From Folioceros fuciformis (taxonomy: Eukaryota), in NCBI GenBank assembly GCA_049999805.1, contig JBNGIO010005407.1, positions 1-59,589 on the forward strand: DNA of 59,589 nucleotides, read 5' to 3'. Both the position numbers and the translations under genes were made by a program. The notes beneath the pieces are model-generated. The model was not told where the DNA came from and made no database searches. It worked only from the letters and a program-made list of their open reading frames with translations. Positions 15,275-28,326 of this stretch are shown in pieces. Every line of letters starts with the position of its first letter. The first letter of the stretch is position 1.

Positions 15275-17986
15275 TCACAAGTTGGTGAGCATAGACATGT
15301 CCCCCGATGACATGTCCAGATGTGGGACATACCCTTCTTCTTTCAACCTGGGGCCAAGCTGTTGTAGCCTTGCATATATACCTGCACTCTCGGGATGCTT
15401 GACATCCCCAACCACAAAAGTATGCACCAGTCCACCCAAATCTGTCCACCAGCTCTGGCCTGGTGGCTTCCGTGCCCCGATTCCTTTTCGCCAGGCTTGC
15501 ACCTTCTCTGCCTCCTCCCACATCTGGGCACCAGCATATATGTTTGACATCAACACATATGCTGCAGCATCACTTCCGTTCAGCTTCACTGTTTCTTCGA
15601 ATGCACGCCGCCCCATCTCCACATTGCTCCACTTTGCACAGGCGCCCAATAAAGTGTGCCATACTGCAGCGTCAGGCGGCATAGGCATCGTGCTCACCAC
15701 TGTTAGTGCTTCTTCAAGTTGGCCTGCACGACCCAGGAGATCCACCATGCACGTGTAGTGCTCCAGGGTAGGAGTAATGCCATGGAGTCTGCTCATAGCG
15801 TCAAAATGTTCCTGCCCCTCGTCGACTAGACCTGAATGACTGCACACCGTGAGTATACTGAGGAATGTGATGCCGTTCAGCGGTATGCCAGTCTCCTTCA
15901 TCCGGTGAATCAAGTCGAAGACCAGCTTATAATCTCCTTGACGGGTGTATCCAGCAATGAGGGAATTCCAGGCAACAATGTCTCTTACGGGCAATGCATC
16001 GAACACCTGCTGTGCATCACTCATGCTCCCAGCTTTTGCATACATGTTAACCAAACTGATGGCCACAAACACATCAGATTGGAGCCCTTGCTCTTGAATC
16101 TCAAGATGAAGCTCCCTTCCCTGATGCAGAGCCGACACATCTGCACATGCCTGCAGGAGGCATACAAATGTGACAGAATCCGCTATGGCTATGCCTTCTG
16201 CTGCTTGCATGAGACTGTAGAGATGAAGGGCTTCCTGACCCATGCCCTGCTGGGTATATCCTCCTATCAGAGTGGTCCATGTCACCACATTTTTTTGCTC
16301 AAGTCCCTCAAACACACGGTGGGCATCCTCTAGCCCGCCACACTTTGCATACATGTTCACTAAACTGTTGCTGAGAACCACGTCAGCCTGAAGTCCTTGT
16401 TCTCTAATCTGTCCATGAAGCTGCTTCCCCTTCTCCAAAGCCGGGTTACCCACACTTGCACATGCCTGCAGGAGGGAAACGAAGGTGGCAGAATCAGGTG
16501 CAGTCATGCCTTCTTGTTGCATAGCACCATAAAGATGAAGGGCCTCCTGTCCCATGCCCTGCTGGGAGTATCCTGCTATCATGGCATTCCACGTTACCAC
16601 ATTCTTCTGAGAAAGTTTGTCAAACACTCTCTGGGCATCCTTAAGGCTGCCACATTTTGCATACATGTTCACCAGGCTACAACCCACAACTAAGTCAGCC
16701 TGAAGACCTTGCTCGCCAAGCCGTGCATGAAGCTCCTTCCCCGTCTCCAAGCCTGCATTACCCACACTTGCACACGCTTGGAGGAGGGACACAAATGTCA
16801 CAGCATCGGGTGCCACTACGCCCTCTACTTGCATCGAACTGTAAAGATGAAGAGCCTTCTGACCCATGCCCTGCTGAGAATATCCTGTTATCAAACTGGT
16901 CCATGTCACCACATCCTTGTGGCCAAGTTCATCAAACACCCCCTGAGCATCCTCGAGGCTGCCACACTTAGCATACATGTCTACCAAACAACTAGAAAGG
17001 AACAGACTAGGCTCAACGTCACTGGCCAAGACATCAGCATGAACCTGTTGCCCCGTAGCCAAGTCTCCCACCCTGGCACACGCCTGAAGAGCTGCTACAA
17101 ACACATGGCCATCTGGTTTCACATTCGACCTGCCCATCTGGTGATACAGTTCTATGGCCCGTCTACTTTCCCCGTGCTGAACATGGGCAGAGATGATGGC
17201 GGACCACGTGAACGCGTCTGGGCTGGGCACCGTGGTGAACACATCCATCGCGTCTTGCAAACGGGCATGAGCAGCGTACATCCGCAGGACGTGGTTGCAC
17301 AGGAACGTGTCCGAATCATGCCCCTTTTTCACTATAAGAGCATGGACACGGCGACCCAAAACCAGATCCTTCTTCGAAATACATTTTTTCAGCACAGCAT
17401 AAAAAAGAGACTGGGAAATCCGACAGTCCGTCTCCACCAATACTCCCAGGGCCTCAACAGCCTCGCTGACCTGCCCCCCCTCACAGAGACTGCACACCGT
17501 CTGAGCAGTCATCGCACCTGAAGGCTCCCGAGGGTCAAAGTCATCTATCAAGCCCGACAGAGACGTAGGGCCACGACCACGACCACCCACCTGCTTATCC
17601 AGAGCAGCTACCTGAGCATCCACCAGAGATGGCTTGTCCCGAACTTTGTGTTCCGGCAACGACTCTGACAACAAGAACTTCTGGCGCCCACAGTCCCACC
17701 CCCAAACCACACATTCTCCCCGACGAAATGACTCGGTGGAAAGGCTGCTGCCACAAGAGGATTCCTTGTTTGCCAAGAGATCAGACCTTGAAGACAAGCC
17801 ACAGATAGCCTTTCCTAGAAGACCTGATATATTGTCACCAACTTGCATCTGACGGGTGCACAGAAGCTGCTGTAAGAAGAGGCCATGTCGTCCTCTGTGC
17901 CCAGCTCTCAGATTCGCACAGGCGTGCGCTATGGAGTTCAGCCTCAATCCTAAACCCAGCTCCAATCCGCCACGCGAAACTTCCAT
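15275..17986 (-). CDS. PLS-class pentatricopeptide repeat protein with E/E+ domains and truncated DYW (candidate organellar RNA-editing factor), intronless
   Basis: Repeating P-L-S triplets (VVTWTSLI.GYSQQG / PDAVTFVSLLQACA / SLVNMYAKCGSL.DA..VF), HYTCMVDLLGRAG, E motif VWHTLLGAC, and PG-box KPPGQSWWTD...VHTFVVGD.KHP...GYVP followed by a stop. The start codon is uncertain. Confidence 0.93.
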   Translation of the reverse strand: MEVSRGGLELGLGLRLNSIAHACANLRAGHRGRHGLFLQQLLCTRQMQVGDNISGLLGKAICGLSSRSDLLANKESSCGSSLSTESFRRGECVVWGWDCGRQKFLLSESLPEHKVRDKPSLVDAQVAALDKQVGGRGRGPTSLSGLIDDFDPREPSGAMTAQTVCSLCEGGQVSEAVEALGVLVETDCRISQSLFYAVLKKCISKKDLVLGRRVHALIVKKGHDSDTFLCNHVLRMYAAHARLQDAMDVFTTVPSPDAFTWSAIISAHVQHGESRRAIELYHQMGRSNVKPDGHVFVAALQACARVGDLATGQQVHADVLASDVEPSLFLSSCLVDMYAKCGSLEDAQGVFDELGHKDVVTWTSLITGYSQQGMGQKALHLYSSMQVEGVVAPDAVTFVSLLQACASVGNAGLETGKELHARLGEQGLQADLVVGCSLVNMYAKCGSLKDAQRVFDKLSQKNVVTWNAMIAGYSQQGMGQEALHLYGAMQQEGMTAPDSATFVSLLQACASVGNPALEKGKQLHGQIREQGLQADVVLSNSLVNMYAKCGGLEDAHRVFEGLEQKNVVTWTTLIGGYTQQGMGQEALHLYSLMQAAEGIAIADSVTFVCLLQACADVSALHQGRELHLEIQEQGLQSDVFVAISLVNMYAKAGSMSDAQQVFDALPVRDIVAWNSLIAGYTRQGDYKLVFDLIHRMKETGIPLNGITFLSILTVCSHSGLVDEGQEHFDAMSRLHGITPTLEHYTCMVDLLGRAGQLEEALTVVSTMPMPPDAAVWHTLLGACAKWSNVEMGRRAFEETVKLNGSDAAAYVLMSNIYAGAQMWEEAEKVQAWRKGIGARKPPGQSWWTDLGGLVHTFVVGDVKHPESAGIYARLQQLGPRLKEEGYVPHLDMSSGDMSMLTNL

Positions 17987-20223
17987 GGAAATGAAGCAGG
18001 GGACTCCATCATGCTCATACCATGGTCGTGGGCAAAGGTGGGACCTGTTCCTCCCTCTTCCTCAGTCATACTCTTTTGTCTTCCCCACGTCGTATCATCA
18101 GGTGTGTTACAGGGGGACCACAAATGCCTCTCGTTCTGCTCCTCGCCATTCTTTCACACTGTGTTCTATTACCTCGCTATATATATATATATCTTTAGAG
18201 TGTATCAACGAATCCTATGTTATATATAATTTACCAAGAAAAAATAATAATAAGAGCATATATTATTAATTGTTTAAAAATATAAAGAAAGCACTCCAAA
18301 TCTTTCGTCAGATTGGAATTGGGACATGGTATTCATTCGTACACTCTAAGAATATATTCGTTTTTATCTATTTTAAAAAAATAAAAAAGGGAAAACCCAC
18401 GCACCCATAGAGAAGGAGATCAACTAGGATAGCAACACTAGGGCTAACCCTCTTAATGTCGTATTCGGTAATCTACATCATTTCGTAGAATTGGAGAGCG
18501 CACGAGCACTAAAAGAGGCGCATAAGAATAACTGCTTTAAGTGATATTGAGTACGTCCACTTCCTGATCATGTTTTGCTTGACTCCTCCTCAAGCAGGAC
18601 CCCAACAATTTGTGCCACTATTGTTGCAGCACCAGCAGCACCTTGCCTGGTAATGGAAGTCTACATGCTAACAAAAGCCCTATAGTTGGGTGGAAGTTTT
18701 CAAATTTTCCAAAATAAGGCACCCAATTCCACTCAACTATAGGGCAGCTGTAGATTTCCAAAATAGAGCACTGTTTGTAAATAAGTCACTTGTGCTTTCT
18801 CTCAAAGGACTCCCATTTGCTTTGTGCCTACCAAAATTACTTGTGTGTTCTAATGTAGATCTTATTTTTTGCTCCTGTGTCAAGGGAACACTGATGATGG
18901 GTGACACCCATAAGGGGTGGTCTCTGGAGAGAGCGTTTGTCATATCCATCCCTATCAACATCAGGGAGAAAGATGCCTAATTGCGCTCCTGAGACATCGT
19001 AGAATGTTAAAAACAAGTGGCCGTTCCTGCTTCCTTGGGTCAATTAAAATTGCGAGCTTGATCCAATGACGTGGGGCATTACTAATATCAGAGAAATCTA
19101 TATGCATAAAAGAATAAAAGTGTACTCCACCTTAAATGCCTAATAAGAAACACCTAGTGCCATTATAAAACCTAGCAATCTTCTTCGCAAATAAGACCAC
19201 AAAATGAGGAAAAGACAGCCATAAGTAGCAAAAGAATGTGAGAATCCACGTTTTTGTAACTATGACATAGCTACAAACAAGCATCCTCAAAAATCTCCTA
19301 AACCACTAAGAACTAAATGAGGACTTCGATCCTTCTCATTCGGGCCCGTGCTCCAATAACCCTAGTTTTCATGTTCTTCATGCCAAGAGATGCTCATGCA
19401 TCCTAGAAGCTTCCATTACTTTTCCATCCATTGCATATTCCAACTGCAAGAGTTTAAGTACTTAGTCAGAAATATATAATTAAATATAGTATATGAAATT
19501 AATTCATAGATGTTTCACTTACCACGCATAGGAAAAACCTAGCTTGCTCTAAAGTAATTGTAATAGGCTCCTGGGCATTATACTTTGCGTCCATAAAGAC
19601 TTTGGACAGAGCTCCGTGCACAGCATTTGAGCCCCATGGGTTTATGTTGCCATTTGCAAACTCTTGAATACGCCATTTATTCCCAAGTTTCCATACTTTT
19701 AAATTTTCAAACCAAGACTCCAGCTCCTCTGCGTGACATCCAATCTTGGGCTTTGGTAAGCCTAGGAGCTCATACAAATGAGCTCTAGCAACCTGCAAGA
19801 ATTGATACAACTTTAGGTCTCAAAAGAAACGAAGATTAAAAAAGCTGAACTTGAAATTTAATAAATACCTTAGTATAGCTCCCTCTTCGATGACGTATGT
19901 TTGTAAAAACTATGTTCTTCACCCCCGTTCTCCCTTATTGGACCCCACGCTTTATAAAACTTATGTAATAGGGACTCAAACCTGAACAACGGCATGATTC
20001 AAAATGGTTCTAATACCAATTTTTGATATGATTCAATTTTTGATATAATTCAATTTTTGATATGAGCATCATACAAACAGAAGCATAAGGACTAGATGTA
20101 CCTTTTGAATCAATCAAAAGGTACATAAAGAAGAAGTGTAACCGTCTTTTTAAAGTAACCCAAATGATACTCTTAACTAGAGTTAGGTATGAACTAAACA
20201 ATATTATCCAAGAGGGAATACAA

Positions 20224-20775
20224 GTTTCGCAAAACCCCTAGAAAGCTGAGAGGGAGCGTGATTTCGCGAAACTCTTGTGAAGCTGTCCAACTGTGATTTT
20301 TCCCTTTCCTCACTCTGCTATCTAACTAGGTCGTGTTTAATCTCAAGGAGAGGTCTTTGTGGCCCATGAGGGAACTATGTGGTCTGTAAGGGAACTGTGT
20401 CCCAAGGAGGGGTCTACATGGGCCAAGGAGGGGTATGTGTGGCCCAAGGAGGGGCATGTGTGGCCCAAGGAGGGGCATGTGTGGCCCAAGGAGAGGCCTA
20501 TGTGGCTTGTGAGGGGATTGTGTGTCCCAAGGGCTAGGGCGGCTAGTCGAGAGGGTATCCTACACCGGGAGGAAGGGGAATTTCTATAGAAGGTTAGGGT
20601 GGGAACGCGAGTTTCGCGAAACCCCTGGAAAGCTGAGAGGGAGTGCGACTTCGCGAAACTCTTGTGGAGCCGTTCGGTTGTTATTTTTCCCTTTCTCACT
20701 CCATTGCCTAACCAGATCGTGTTTTATCTTGAGGGGAGGCCTATGTGGCATGTGAGGGGACTGTGTGTCCAAGGA
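20224..20775. repeat. Two ~160-190-bp direct repeats separated by a 21-bp minisatellite; transposon remnant
   Basis: GTTTCGCrAAACCCCTrGAAAGCTGAGAGGGAG... starts at ~20224 and ~20611. GTGGCCCAAGGAGGGGCATGT is repeated at ~20380-20530. Confidence 0.85.
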
Positions 20776-21164
20776 GGAGGATTGAGTGGAAATTTGGTGC
20801 ATGCTGAAGTGTGAGTGTATGAAATTGTGAAGTGTTGAGGAAGATAAGTGATTGATTGAGTGGAGAATCAGTGATGAGGTGAACTGTCGCGGTGTGGATG
20901 GTCCTAATCTGTAGCTTCCAGTGAGAACTGGGTGTAAAATAACATGAGTATGGCTTGGTGTGTAGGAGAATCAGCCTTCACAAGCCATAGCTCATTAACA
21001 GGTGTGGCCATAAACCTTGCGTTATCCAGGTGCCGCAATGTGCGCGTGCGCCAACGGGTGGGTCTCACCACGATGGCGGAATCCACTACTGCGGTGGCTA
21101 AATCCACTACCGTGGTGGTAGCCTAGTATGACAGTGGCAGACTCAAGCATGGCCAATAGTATAG

Positions 21165-22245
21165 AGTCTCGAAATCATAGATTTAGAACAATTTGACACA
21201 AACCATTCCCTTGTAATCAAATATGAGGATCATAACGACATAGAGGATGAATGTGGCCCTCATTGTGTCCCTAGACACAAAATACCGATATACAATACTC
21301 GAAGTCATAGATTTAGAACAATTTGACACAAACCATTCCCTTGTAATCAAATATGAGGATCATAATGAATCAAATATGAGGATCATAACGACATAGAGGA
21401 TGAATGTGGCCCTCATTGTGTCCCTAGACACAAAATACCGATGTACAATACTCGACTACATCATAGTGTTCCTAAGGGTCTAATAGCAAGTGTCCATACG
21501 GGACTACATCATAATGTTCCTAAGGATCTAATAGCGAGTGGCCGTACTATAAGTCATCTGGATCATAGTCTTCCGAGGGGTCATGCTATTTATCGAGACT
21601 ATTAAGCTAAAGATTAAAGTCATTCATAGTCATCCATACGGCTATTAGTTGTCTCGATCATAGTCATACTAGGGGGTCATACTATTCATTGAGACTATTA
21701 ACCCAAAGATTAAAGTTATCTATACGGCTATTAGTTGTCTTAATCATAGTCTTCCAAGGGCCTTACATTGGGTGTCCATAGTCGTGTGCATCATAGTTTT
21801 CCCAAGGGTGTGATAGCGAGTGATAGTTGTCTGCTTGGCCATTCTAACTCTTATATTTGGCTCATAGTCTCCCAAGGGTCTTATATTGGATGTCCATAGT
21901 CGTGTGCATCATAGTCATCCCAAGGGTGTGATAGCGAGTGATAGTTGTCTACTTGGCCATTCCAACTCCTATATTTGGCTCATAGTCTCCCAAGGATCTT
22001 ATATTGGGTGTCCACATGTGTGATAGCGAGTGTCCATAATTGTCTGCTTGGCCATTCCAACTCCTATATATATCAACTATAGCTGTACGACGCATTGGGA
22101 CAATGCCATATTGATGATGATAATAGAACATAGAGCATATTAGGCCAATATGTATGGCACGTGATTGTTCCTTTCTTGTTATGATGAAACTAGGACATAG
22201 ATCATATCACGCCAATATGTATGGCACGTGATTGTTCCTTTCTTC
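21165..22245. repeat. Cluster of tandem/local duplications (~130-bp, ~120-bp and 34-bp units); transposon remnant
   Basis: Duplicated block at ~21168-21297 and ~21298-21455. CATAGTCGTGTGCATCATAG... units at ~21776-22060. GCCAATATGTATGGCACGTGATTGTTCCTTTCTT at 22144 and 22211. Confidence 0.8.
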
Positions 22246-22931
22246 AAACCTGGCTTATCTCTGGTCAGTCGTTGGTCACCTTCCAAAGAGTCTTATAGCG
22301 CTGTAGATAACGCGATATCGCTTCCTCCCTCTCCTACTTCCGCATGTAGCTAATGCGTCCTATTAAAGCTTGCTCCTCCATGCTTCCCGTAACGCTTCCT
22401 CTTCCATGGCTGCAAGAAGCGGAACGGGAAAAGCAACGGCTCCTCTTCCTCTCACAGGAGGAGTACATACCCATGAATCCTTTTCCTTTTCCTATCCCAG
22501 TCTTCATGGGCGCCTCCCCTTTTCGGTCCAAAAGAGCTTTTGACTTGGCTGTGGTATGAGACAATACTCGTTTCTCAGTCACGCTGTCACTGCAGCCGTA
22601 ACTGCATCTCCATAAAAGACATCGAGTTCAGCCCGATTCCATTGCACGATTTGCTACACCCGCCACTCGATTTACAAGGGCGAAGTTATGCCACTGGCAA
22701 GGTGGTCTTGGTTCTCAGCAGAGTCAGAAGTAGGATACGACTGACCATGGACTCAACCCACGATTGATACTCACAGCACGAACTTCGTTCTGCTCCAGAA
22801 AAGATGGACGTCGCAAACTAGTCTCTAGAGCCAGCTCGGAAAACGACAGCAACTGATTCAGTCAGCTGCACAAGGCCAAATTACGCCGCAGGTAACTAAG
22901 ATAACAAGCAAAATCGTACATAGTCTGGCCC

Positions 22932-24289
22932 CTAGATGGGCTGACCCTTCGGAGTGATGAAATCCTTGATCCACATGTAGATTGGTACCAAGACGTAGTA
23001 AAACGCTGCCAGGTTCCCGAGCAAAAACCGGTAAAGGAACAACAGAGGATTGGAAGGGGCTTGCACATCCTCCACCTTCGGCCCCAGCTGCAAAAAGGGT
23101 TTCAAGTACAAGTGTGAGGACTTGCTACCCGATGCAACACATGATGCTGAAGAAAGTGATGCAACACATGATGATGTCACGTACCTGGAGTGGAGAAGGA
23201 CCGGGAGCTGGTTTCACGCCTGTCACAGAGCACCCCATGATGAGACCATGCCTTCTGACACCTCTATACCACTTGGGCCCAATTCTCTTCAGCTGCACAT
23301 CCTGAAAGCCAGCCTTGGTGAACCAGTCGATGTATTCTTCCTCCTTCGGGAAGAGCATCCACACGTCAGCAAAGAAACGAGATAGCCAGAACGTAGGATG
23401 AACTGGTCCGATCAGGCAAGCTTTCCCTCCAGGTTTCAGCACTCTGTAAGCTTCGGTTATTCCCCGTTGAGGATCGGGCCAGTACTCGATGCTGCAAATA
23501 ATAGACAAAATGTGAGCGGCAATTTTCGCAAACGCCTCGAGCAGCTGCCAACACTACCGGATCCACTTCACGATGCTCACTGCAGCACAAATTCCCTCAC
23601 CTCCCTGCAGAGACATAGCGATCAGCGTAGTCCGTCTCAAACGGCAAGTCCTCAGCATCCCCTTCTATAATTTTGCAATCCATAAGTGGCTCCTTCTCCT
23701 TCGCCTTGGCCAATTGGTGAGGGGACTGGTCCAAAATGGTGACGTTCTTGGCATCCACGTGCTTCACAACGCCGAGAGTGCAGAACCCCGTACCCCCACC
23801 GACGTCCACCACCACCAGGTCCCTGCTGTAGAGGTCCGCAGGCTCCAGCGCATCCTCGCGCATGTCTTCCGTCCAGTGGCCAGGGTTGATGATGTGGTCG
23901 TACACTATGGAGAGGAAGCGGTAGAACCAGAACGCCTCCTTCTTGTGCTGGATGAATCGCGGCTGCGAGGCAGGCCTAGCTGACAAACTGCACCTCACAC
24001 CAACCCGCTCAGGCGAGCTTGCTGCAGCTTCTTCCGTCGCTGCCAGCGCTCCCGCTTTGAATCCCTGCCACACAAACTCCGCCTCTGCTGCTCCCAGCCG
24101 CGGGTGTATCCGCTGCTCCTTCGGGCCATGGCGCCTGCTGCATTTTGCCACCAACTTCAAAGCAGCCACCGAGCACGCCCCGTTTGCAGGAGAGGCGCGC
24201 GCAGAGGAACAATGGGATGAGGCGTAGGAAGTCAAGGAGACGGCGGAGCCGCCCGGCCGTAACCTCGGATTCCCTGCTGCCACCGCCAT
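22932..24289 (-). CDS. VTE3: MPBQ/MSBQ methyltransferase (tocopherol/plastoquinone synthesis), chloroplast; 3 exons (24289-23601, 23491-23185, 23087-22932)
   Basis: RPASQPRFIQHKKEAFWFYRFLSIVYDHIINPGHWTEDMR, VVDVGGGTGF, SIEYWPDPQRGI, GPKWYRGVRRHGLIMGC, and C-terminal YYVLVPIYMWIKD..PKGQPI. Canonical splice sites. Confidence 0.96.
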
Positions 24290-24807
24290 CGCACTCGACC
24301 CTTGCTTGTACGCGCAGCGACCCTGCGAGGAACCTTGAGGAGAAATTGAGCGGCTGCACTAGCCAGGCCTGAGAGTAGACAGCTACCACTTTTGTGTAAT
24401 GAAGAGTTATGTGAGGGAACCAGCCGCAGCCTCACCGTGAAGTGTGGACAGCGCTGCTCCACAGGTCACCACCCCCGGTCAGGCTCTCGTCACCCGGGTT
24501 AGTTATAACAGATGCCGTCGAGTCCGAGAAGTCACATGAGCAACATGACAATTTGATGTTGCAGCTGCAGCAACACAGCATTTGAATACGAGATCAGTTC
24601 CCGCATGCCACGGACAACATTTGCGACAGGAGGCTACGAGCTGCTGATCTCTTGGAATCCTGACATGGTTCGGAAAAGTTGCAGACTGCAACGTAAACTA
24701 AAAGAGAATACCCCGCACTTTATCGACTAACTTGGATCTTATAGCAAAAACAAAAACTCTCCTCATTCGCTCCAACGCTGTCCTTCAGCTTAAGACTAGA
24801 CCAGCAA

Positions 24808-25625
24808 TCAGGCAGCCAACTTTCTGCGGCCCTTCAACAGTCTCCTAGCCAGAACTCTTCGTCCGCCGACAGTAGATTTCCTGCACCGAGGACATCAAAC
24901 TTGCATCTGAGAGCTTCGGACAACAACCAGCAAAACTGAAGGAGAGTTGTATGACAGACCTTGCCAAAACCCTACCTTGCCAGAAAACCATGCCTGCGCT
25001 TCCGAACAATCGTGCTCGGCTGGAACGTCCTCTTCGTGTGCATGAGCATTGGACTGATAAAGCGCCAACATTTAGACTCAGGCAATCAGCCACCAGAAAC
25101 AGCACACAAACTCCGGATTGCAGAAAACCTAATCCGAGCAATTACCTCGAGCTGTCATCATCCTGGCCGGGACATATCACTGCAAAGAGATCACGTCACA
25201 AATGTTAATCACACGCCATCCTCAGCTCCACTCACAAAGCATGGGCTTGAACTAGACCAAGACATACACTTGTCTATCTGCGCCTGCAACCAGGGATCCA
25301 CATCTCTCGGTCTGCTGCCCGGCCCTACCCCAGGTTCCCCTTCCAACTGGAGCACAGGCATCCGGAACAATTCGGCGGCTGCGAATCCTCGAAAAATTTC
25401 CTCGCGCCTTCCTCTGAAGGCGACCTGAGGCACCGAAAGAGAAGCCGCATTTCCAGCCCCATCCAAGCCTCTCCACGCATGAGCCTCTAGCGGCTGGGAC
25501 CGAACGAGCATGCAAACAGCTCCAGCTGCTGTAGTGCTTCCATGATGCTTTCCTCCCGTGCCACAATACAAAGAGAGACGAGACGCCGCTTCCACAGCCG
25601 TCGTGCGCGCACGATATGCCGCCAT
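24808..25625 (-). CDS. Ribosomal protein bL34, probably mitochondrial, multi-exon
   Basis: Manual splicing gives ...PMLMHTKRTFQPSTIVRKRRHGFLAR (exon ~25054-24976) joined to KSTVGGRRVLARRLLKGRRKLAA* (exon ~24880-24808). A long presequence starts at ATG 25625. The 5' exon boundaries are tentative. Confidence 0.88.
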
Positions 25626-25857
25626 CTCTTTTTGATTTTGTTTCAGCCCTTGGTGCTCATCGGAGATACCACCTCCGCACACAGGAGCGGTATGCTTGGT
25701 TGTGATACCACGCATGCAACAACAGCTCATGTGAAGTAAATTTTCAGGGGTTAGCCTACCTCGCCTTATTTCACGTTTTCTACGATTTCAACAGCGCTCT
25801 CCAAGTTTGTATATTTTGTTTCAGGACGCTGCACATCGAGCTAAATTCCTTAAGGCA

Positions 25858-27428
<1,571 letters not shown>

Positions 27429-28326
27429 GAACTGGTTCGCAGATGCATCTCATATTCGGCAGCCAGAAATACAAGCGTGGGAGCACAGCAGCGATACACA
27501 GATTTCAAGGACTGTAGTTTCATGGTCTGCATCGTGGCACATGTTGCGAGGCATGGCTGTGATGTGTATTCAAGGAGTCATGCAATCTGTGCACAGGTGT
27601 TAGAAACAGCAGGGTTGATAAGCGTTCCTTGCATAGAAGTGGCTGATGAGAGGTAGAACGAACGTCTGTCGGGCACAGTTCCAGTTGCTCGTGGGAAACC
27701 GGGGGTACTTGTGCGGGCATTACCAATCGAGCCGATGCGCAGACCCATGAGCTTCTGAGAGCTCTTCTCCTCAAGACACATGGGTGTGGGAATAATCAAG
27801 GATTCCCATGAAGAAAGACTTGGCTTGGTCGTTGCACGGAGTACAGCCGAGAAGTCATGCACCAAAACGGTGCAAGGTGCGGCAATTGGCTTTCAATTTG
27901 TTCAACTATGTAACAAGATTCTTGTCGCCAAAAGACACTAGAAATATCTTCTTACGTGGTCTTGGTGTGAGTCAAGTATGATGGGACGTGCGGCGTCCTG
28001 CACTTTCTGGGTTCCTACCTCCAGCACCAGTCTCCAGTGGCCATGGTTGAATGAGCCTATCCACTGAGAAGACCTGGTCAAAAAAAGACTCCACGCAACA
28101 AGGGGCGGCTTCAGCTTGTCCAGATATTGACTTACGTCAACCTTTTCTTCCAGGGACGCGCAAATCCCCATTCCCGGTCGCGTCGTCCCTTCCCTTGGCT
28201 TCAGTCCTGAGCTCGCCCCTCCGCGTTCTTTCTCCCAGCTTCACCTGCAGCTGCGGAGCGCACGTCTGGGCAGTCTCTTCCGGCGCGAAGCTGGATCGTG
28301 GATTTTGGGGATAGCTGCGGGCGGGG

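Noticed and set aside
18690-19810. Minus-strand ORF fragments (e.g. LYELLGLPKPK...) possibly from a transposon accessory protein
   Set aside because: Too fragmentary to assign without a database search.
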